Assembly: GCA_038212275.1 (NCBI GenBank)
Contig: JBBQUR010000031.1
Span: forward strand, 1-38,612
DNA: 38,612 nt
From: Planctomycetota bacterium
GTDB taxonomy: Bacteria; Planctomycetota; B15-G4
Direction of reading: 5' to 3'
Each line of letters begins with the position of its first letter. The stretch's first letter is position 1. Both the position numbers and the translations under genes were made by a program. This document shows, in pieces, positions 36,329 through 38,612 of the stretch. The notes beneath the pieces were generated by a model. The model was not told the DNA's origin, did not search any database, and saw nothing but the letters and a program-made list of their open reading frames with translations.

Positions 36329-38143
36329 TCAGCGCTCGGCGTAGACCGGCAGCTCCGCGCCGGCGCCGGCGGCGATGACATCGTCGAAGGCATTCCACAC
36401 GAGCAGCCCGTCGTCGGCCTGCGGGTCCAGGATCTGGAAGGCGAGGCGCGCCAGCGGCTGATCGAGGCCGATGCGCAGGCTGCCCGCGGGAAACCGGCGC
36501 TCCTCGCGACGCGTGACCCACTGCACACCGCGCGCGCGGTGCCCCTGGAACTCCTCGGACGCGAGCGACGTCTCCGCGACGCGGCACACGTCCACCGACA
36601 CGGTGAGCGCTGCGGTCAGCGTGTCGACGCGCAGGCCGTGGACCTCGAGCCTGTGCCGCAGCGCGGCCTGCTCCGGCGGCAGCAGATACGCGCGCGGCGC
36701 CTGCTGCTGCTCCGTGGCGCGGAAGCCCACGAAGCACGGCACCTCCAGCGTCGTGCGCGGACCTGAGGCGACCTTGGTGGTCGCTCCCGTGTCGGGGTCG
36801 GTGCGCAGTTCGCTGCCGCGCAGCAGCAGCGGCTCGATGCCGCGGCTCACCAGTTCCGCGCCGGTCGCCTGGAGCAGCGCGCCGTCGCGGCCGGCGGCCG
36901 CGGTGCGCGCGTCGGCCGCCGCGCAGATCTCCTGCAGTTCCTCGCCGCGCTCGGCGGCAAGCTGGAGGATTTCCGTCACGAACGCAGCCGTGGCGTCGAT
37001 GCGCACGCGGAAGTCCGCATAGCTGTAGGCCTCGCTGAGGATCGCGAAGCGGTTGCGCAGGCCGACGTAGTTGTTCCCGAAGCGCGGCCGGTGATCGAAG
37101 GTGCGCCAGCCCGTCACGGTGTCCGGCACGTCCACCTCGTCCTCGTTGAAGGCGTTGATGAAGTTGCCGTAGTCGAAGAACTCGAAGCCGTAGTCCGTGC
37201 GCGCGCGCCGCCGCAACTCGGGCAGCCATTCCTGCTCCAGCGTGTGGCGCACGACGAGATCGGCGCTGGGCGACAGCGGACCCGCGTAGGTCAGCTCGTA
37301 GCCGTGCGCGCTGCCGTTCGTGGTGTGCAGGTCCACGACGACGTGCGGATCCCAGGCCGCGAGCAGCGCCACGAGCGCGCGCGCCTCCGCCGTCTCCAGC
37401 TTCAGATAGTCGCGATTGAGATCCTTGCCGTCGGCCGTCGCGCGCGTTCCGGTGAGCGCCGGCCCGTTCTGCAGCGGCCGGTTGGTCGGGCCGAAGCGAT
37501 CGTTGCCGTCCGCGTTGTAGATGGGCGCGACGAGCAGGACCACGTCACGCACCGGATACGGCTCGCCGCGCACGACGTCGCGCACGACGCCGCTCGCCGC
37601 GCCCCGCCCCGACGCGCCACCGTCGCCTCGCGGCGTGCTGCCGTCGCCTCGCGGCGTGCTGCCGTCACCGCGCGGCGTGCTGCCGTCGCCACGCGGCGTG
37701 TCACCGACGCCTCGCGGCGTGCAGGTGCCGAAGACCACGTCGCGCAGCAATTCCAGGCAGGCCTCCTTGCCCTCCACTTCGCCGGCATGGATGTTCGCCA
37801 TGACGAAGACGCACGGCTTGCCGCTGGCGCGCGCCTCCGACGGATTCGCCACGGGCGGGTCGGCCACGATGAGCAGCGGCAGAACGCGTCCCTCAGGCGT
37901 CGTGCCGAAACTCGTGCGCACGAGGCGCGGATCGCCGGCAGCCTCCAGCACGTCGAGAAAGGCCATGACCTCCGCATGCGTGGACGTGCGCCGGTTGCCC
38001 GTCAGCTCGGGAACGGTGGACGGAGCCGCCACGCGGACGGACGGTGACGGTGAACGCGAAACGGTCATGGTCTGCTGGCAACCCGGGGCGAAGAGCGACG
38101 ACAGGACGACGAGCAGCACGAGTCGGCGAGGTGCTGTCGACAT
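36329..38143 (-). CDS. M14-family zinc carboxypeptidase-like lipoprotein
   Basis: Lipobox-like FAPGC; NIHAGEVEGKE, YNADG, DLNRD and DLHTTNGS motifs. Confidence 0.88.
   Translation of the reverse strand: MSTAPRRLVLLVVLSSLFAPGCQQTMTVSRSPSPSVRVAAPSTVPELTGNRRTSTHAEVMAFLDVLEAAGDPRLVRTSFGTTPEGRVLPLLIVADPPVANPSEARASGKPCVFVMANIHAGEVEGKEACLELLRDVVFGTCTPRGVGDTPRGDGSTPRGDGSTPRGDGSTPRGDGGASGRGAASGVVRDVVRGEPYPVRDVVLLVAPIYNADGNDRFGPTNRPLQNGPALTGTRATADGKDLNRDYLKLETAEARALVALLAAWDPHVVVDLHTTNGSAHGYELTYAGPLSPSADLVVRHTLEQEWLPELRRRARTDYGFEFFDYGNFINAFNEDEVDVPDTVTGWRTFDHRPRFGNNYVGLRNRFAILSEAYSYADFRVRIDATAAFVTEILQLAAERGEELQEICAAADARTAAAGRDGALLQATGAELVSRGIEPLLLRGSELRTDPDTGATTKVASGPRTTLEVPCFVGFRATEQQQAPRAYLLPPEQAALRHRLEVHGLRVDTLTAALTVSVDVCRVAETSLASEEFQGHRARGVQWVTRREERRFPAGSLRIGLDQPLARLAFQILDPQADDGLLVWNAFDDVIAAGAGAELPVYAER
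37620..37721. repeat. 21-bp tandem repeat, about 5 copies (TPRGDGS units)
   Basis: ccgtcgcctcgcggcgtgctg and variants, in frame. Confidence 0.92.
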
Positions 38144-38180
38144 GCGGGGCGAGGTTAGCAAAGGGAGCGCGCGCCGGGGG

Positions 38181-38424
38181 GCGCGGCTTCGCTTGGCCGG
38201 GAGCTGCCCCTGCGGGCGAGATGCGCGGGAGTCGCGTGGCACGGGGTGTGCGCGGGGCGGGAGGATTGTCCGGCGCTGCGCCCGTGGGGCAACAGGACAC
38301 GGAGCAATTCCGGGAGCGGCGCCCTTCGCGCCGGACAAACCTCCCGTCCCGCGCACGCACGCCGAGGCACGGGCTTCCGTGCCATGCGGGGGTGGGGCAG
38401 GTCCCGGCGGGCGCTTCGCTGCGC
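38181..38424 (+). repeat. Long imperfect palindromic non-coding element (structured RNA-like or MITE/REP-like)
   Basis: Nested stems 38181-87/38418-24, 38196-210/38394-408, 38232-44/38377-89 and 38248-76/38328-56; second copy at 1-108. Confidence 0.85.
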
Positions 38425-38612
38425 CTCACGCGTGGGCTTTTTGGGGAACGCATTTTCCGCACTGAGATGGAGATGGACTCGGCATGCGGTCAGGCATCGC
38501 TTGAGCGGGGATGGGGAGATTGCGGTGCTCGGCGCGTGATGCTCAGGTGCGGAATGCTCAGCACTCAATGATCAGAACGCAATCCTCAAGCGGGCAATGT
38601 TCGGCGTGCACG

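Noticed and set aside
1..38424. Whole window as a composite transposon or island bounded by inverted repeats
   Set aside because: It contains core genes (der, queE, PVC signature protein), has no transposase or integrase and has uniform composition; dispersed repeat copies explain it better
38181..38424. 6S RNA, SRP RNA or tRNA
   Set aside because: No SRP or tRNA consensus motifs, no symmetric central bubble typical of 6S, and a near-identical second copy exists; not formally excluded without an Rfam search
38144..38571. Short ORFs across the right-end region and the N-terminal extension of the M14 peptidase to 38356
   Set aside because: The translations are low-complexity and run through the palindromic repeat; the signal peptide and -10 hexamer support a start at 38143

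Overview
Very GC-rich chromosomal window, most likely from a planctomycete. The evidence is the PVC-superphylum small basic signature protein, a TIGR02999/ECF43-type sigma factor paired with a Ser/Thr kinase, and a DLG-type kinase. About 31 real CDSs can be supported. (i) A minus-strand surface-glycan locus (3 GT4, 5 GT2, 2 PIG-L deacetylases, a GNAT protein, wzm/wzt) is interrupted by a regulatory cassette: a group-2-like sigma70 divergent from an ECF sigma and a Cache-sensor Ser/Thr kinase. (ii) A run of sbp, queE, der, lipoprotein, sulfatase-like protein and ROK protein leads into wzm/wzt. (iii) Two convergent GT-C membrane glycosyltransferases follow (TMTC-like and PMT/ArnT-like). (iv) A kinase, Cys-cluster protein and TPR-gluzincin operon is divergent from a D2-only Clp-type AAA+ ATPase, followed by an aminotransferase and an M14 peptidase. 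The most striking unexplained signal is a non-coding ~245-nt rod-like imperfect palindrome at 38181-38424 whose wobble pairs favour one strand, with a ~93% identical inverted partial copy at the very start of the window (1-108). Other notable signals: a -10-like hexamer 6-8 nt before the ATG of seven genes (leaderless-type starts), a mini-ORF relay or in-frame acidic spacer between two glycosyltransferases, an apparent pseudo-sulfatase, and many short tandem duplications. No rRNA, tRNA, CRISPR array or transposase was recognised. All family assignments come from motif recognition by eye, not database searches.
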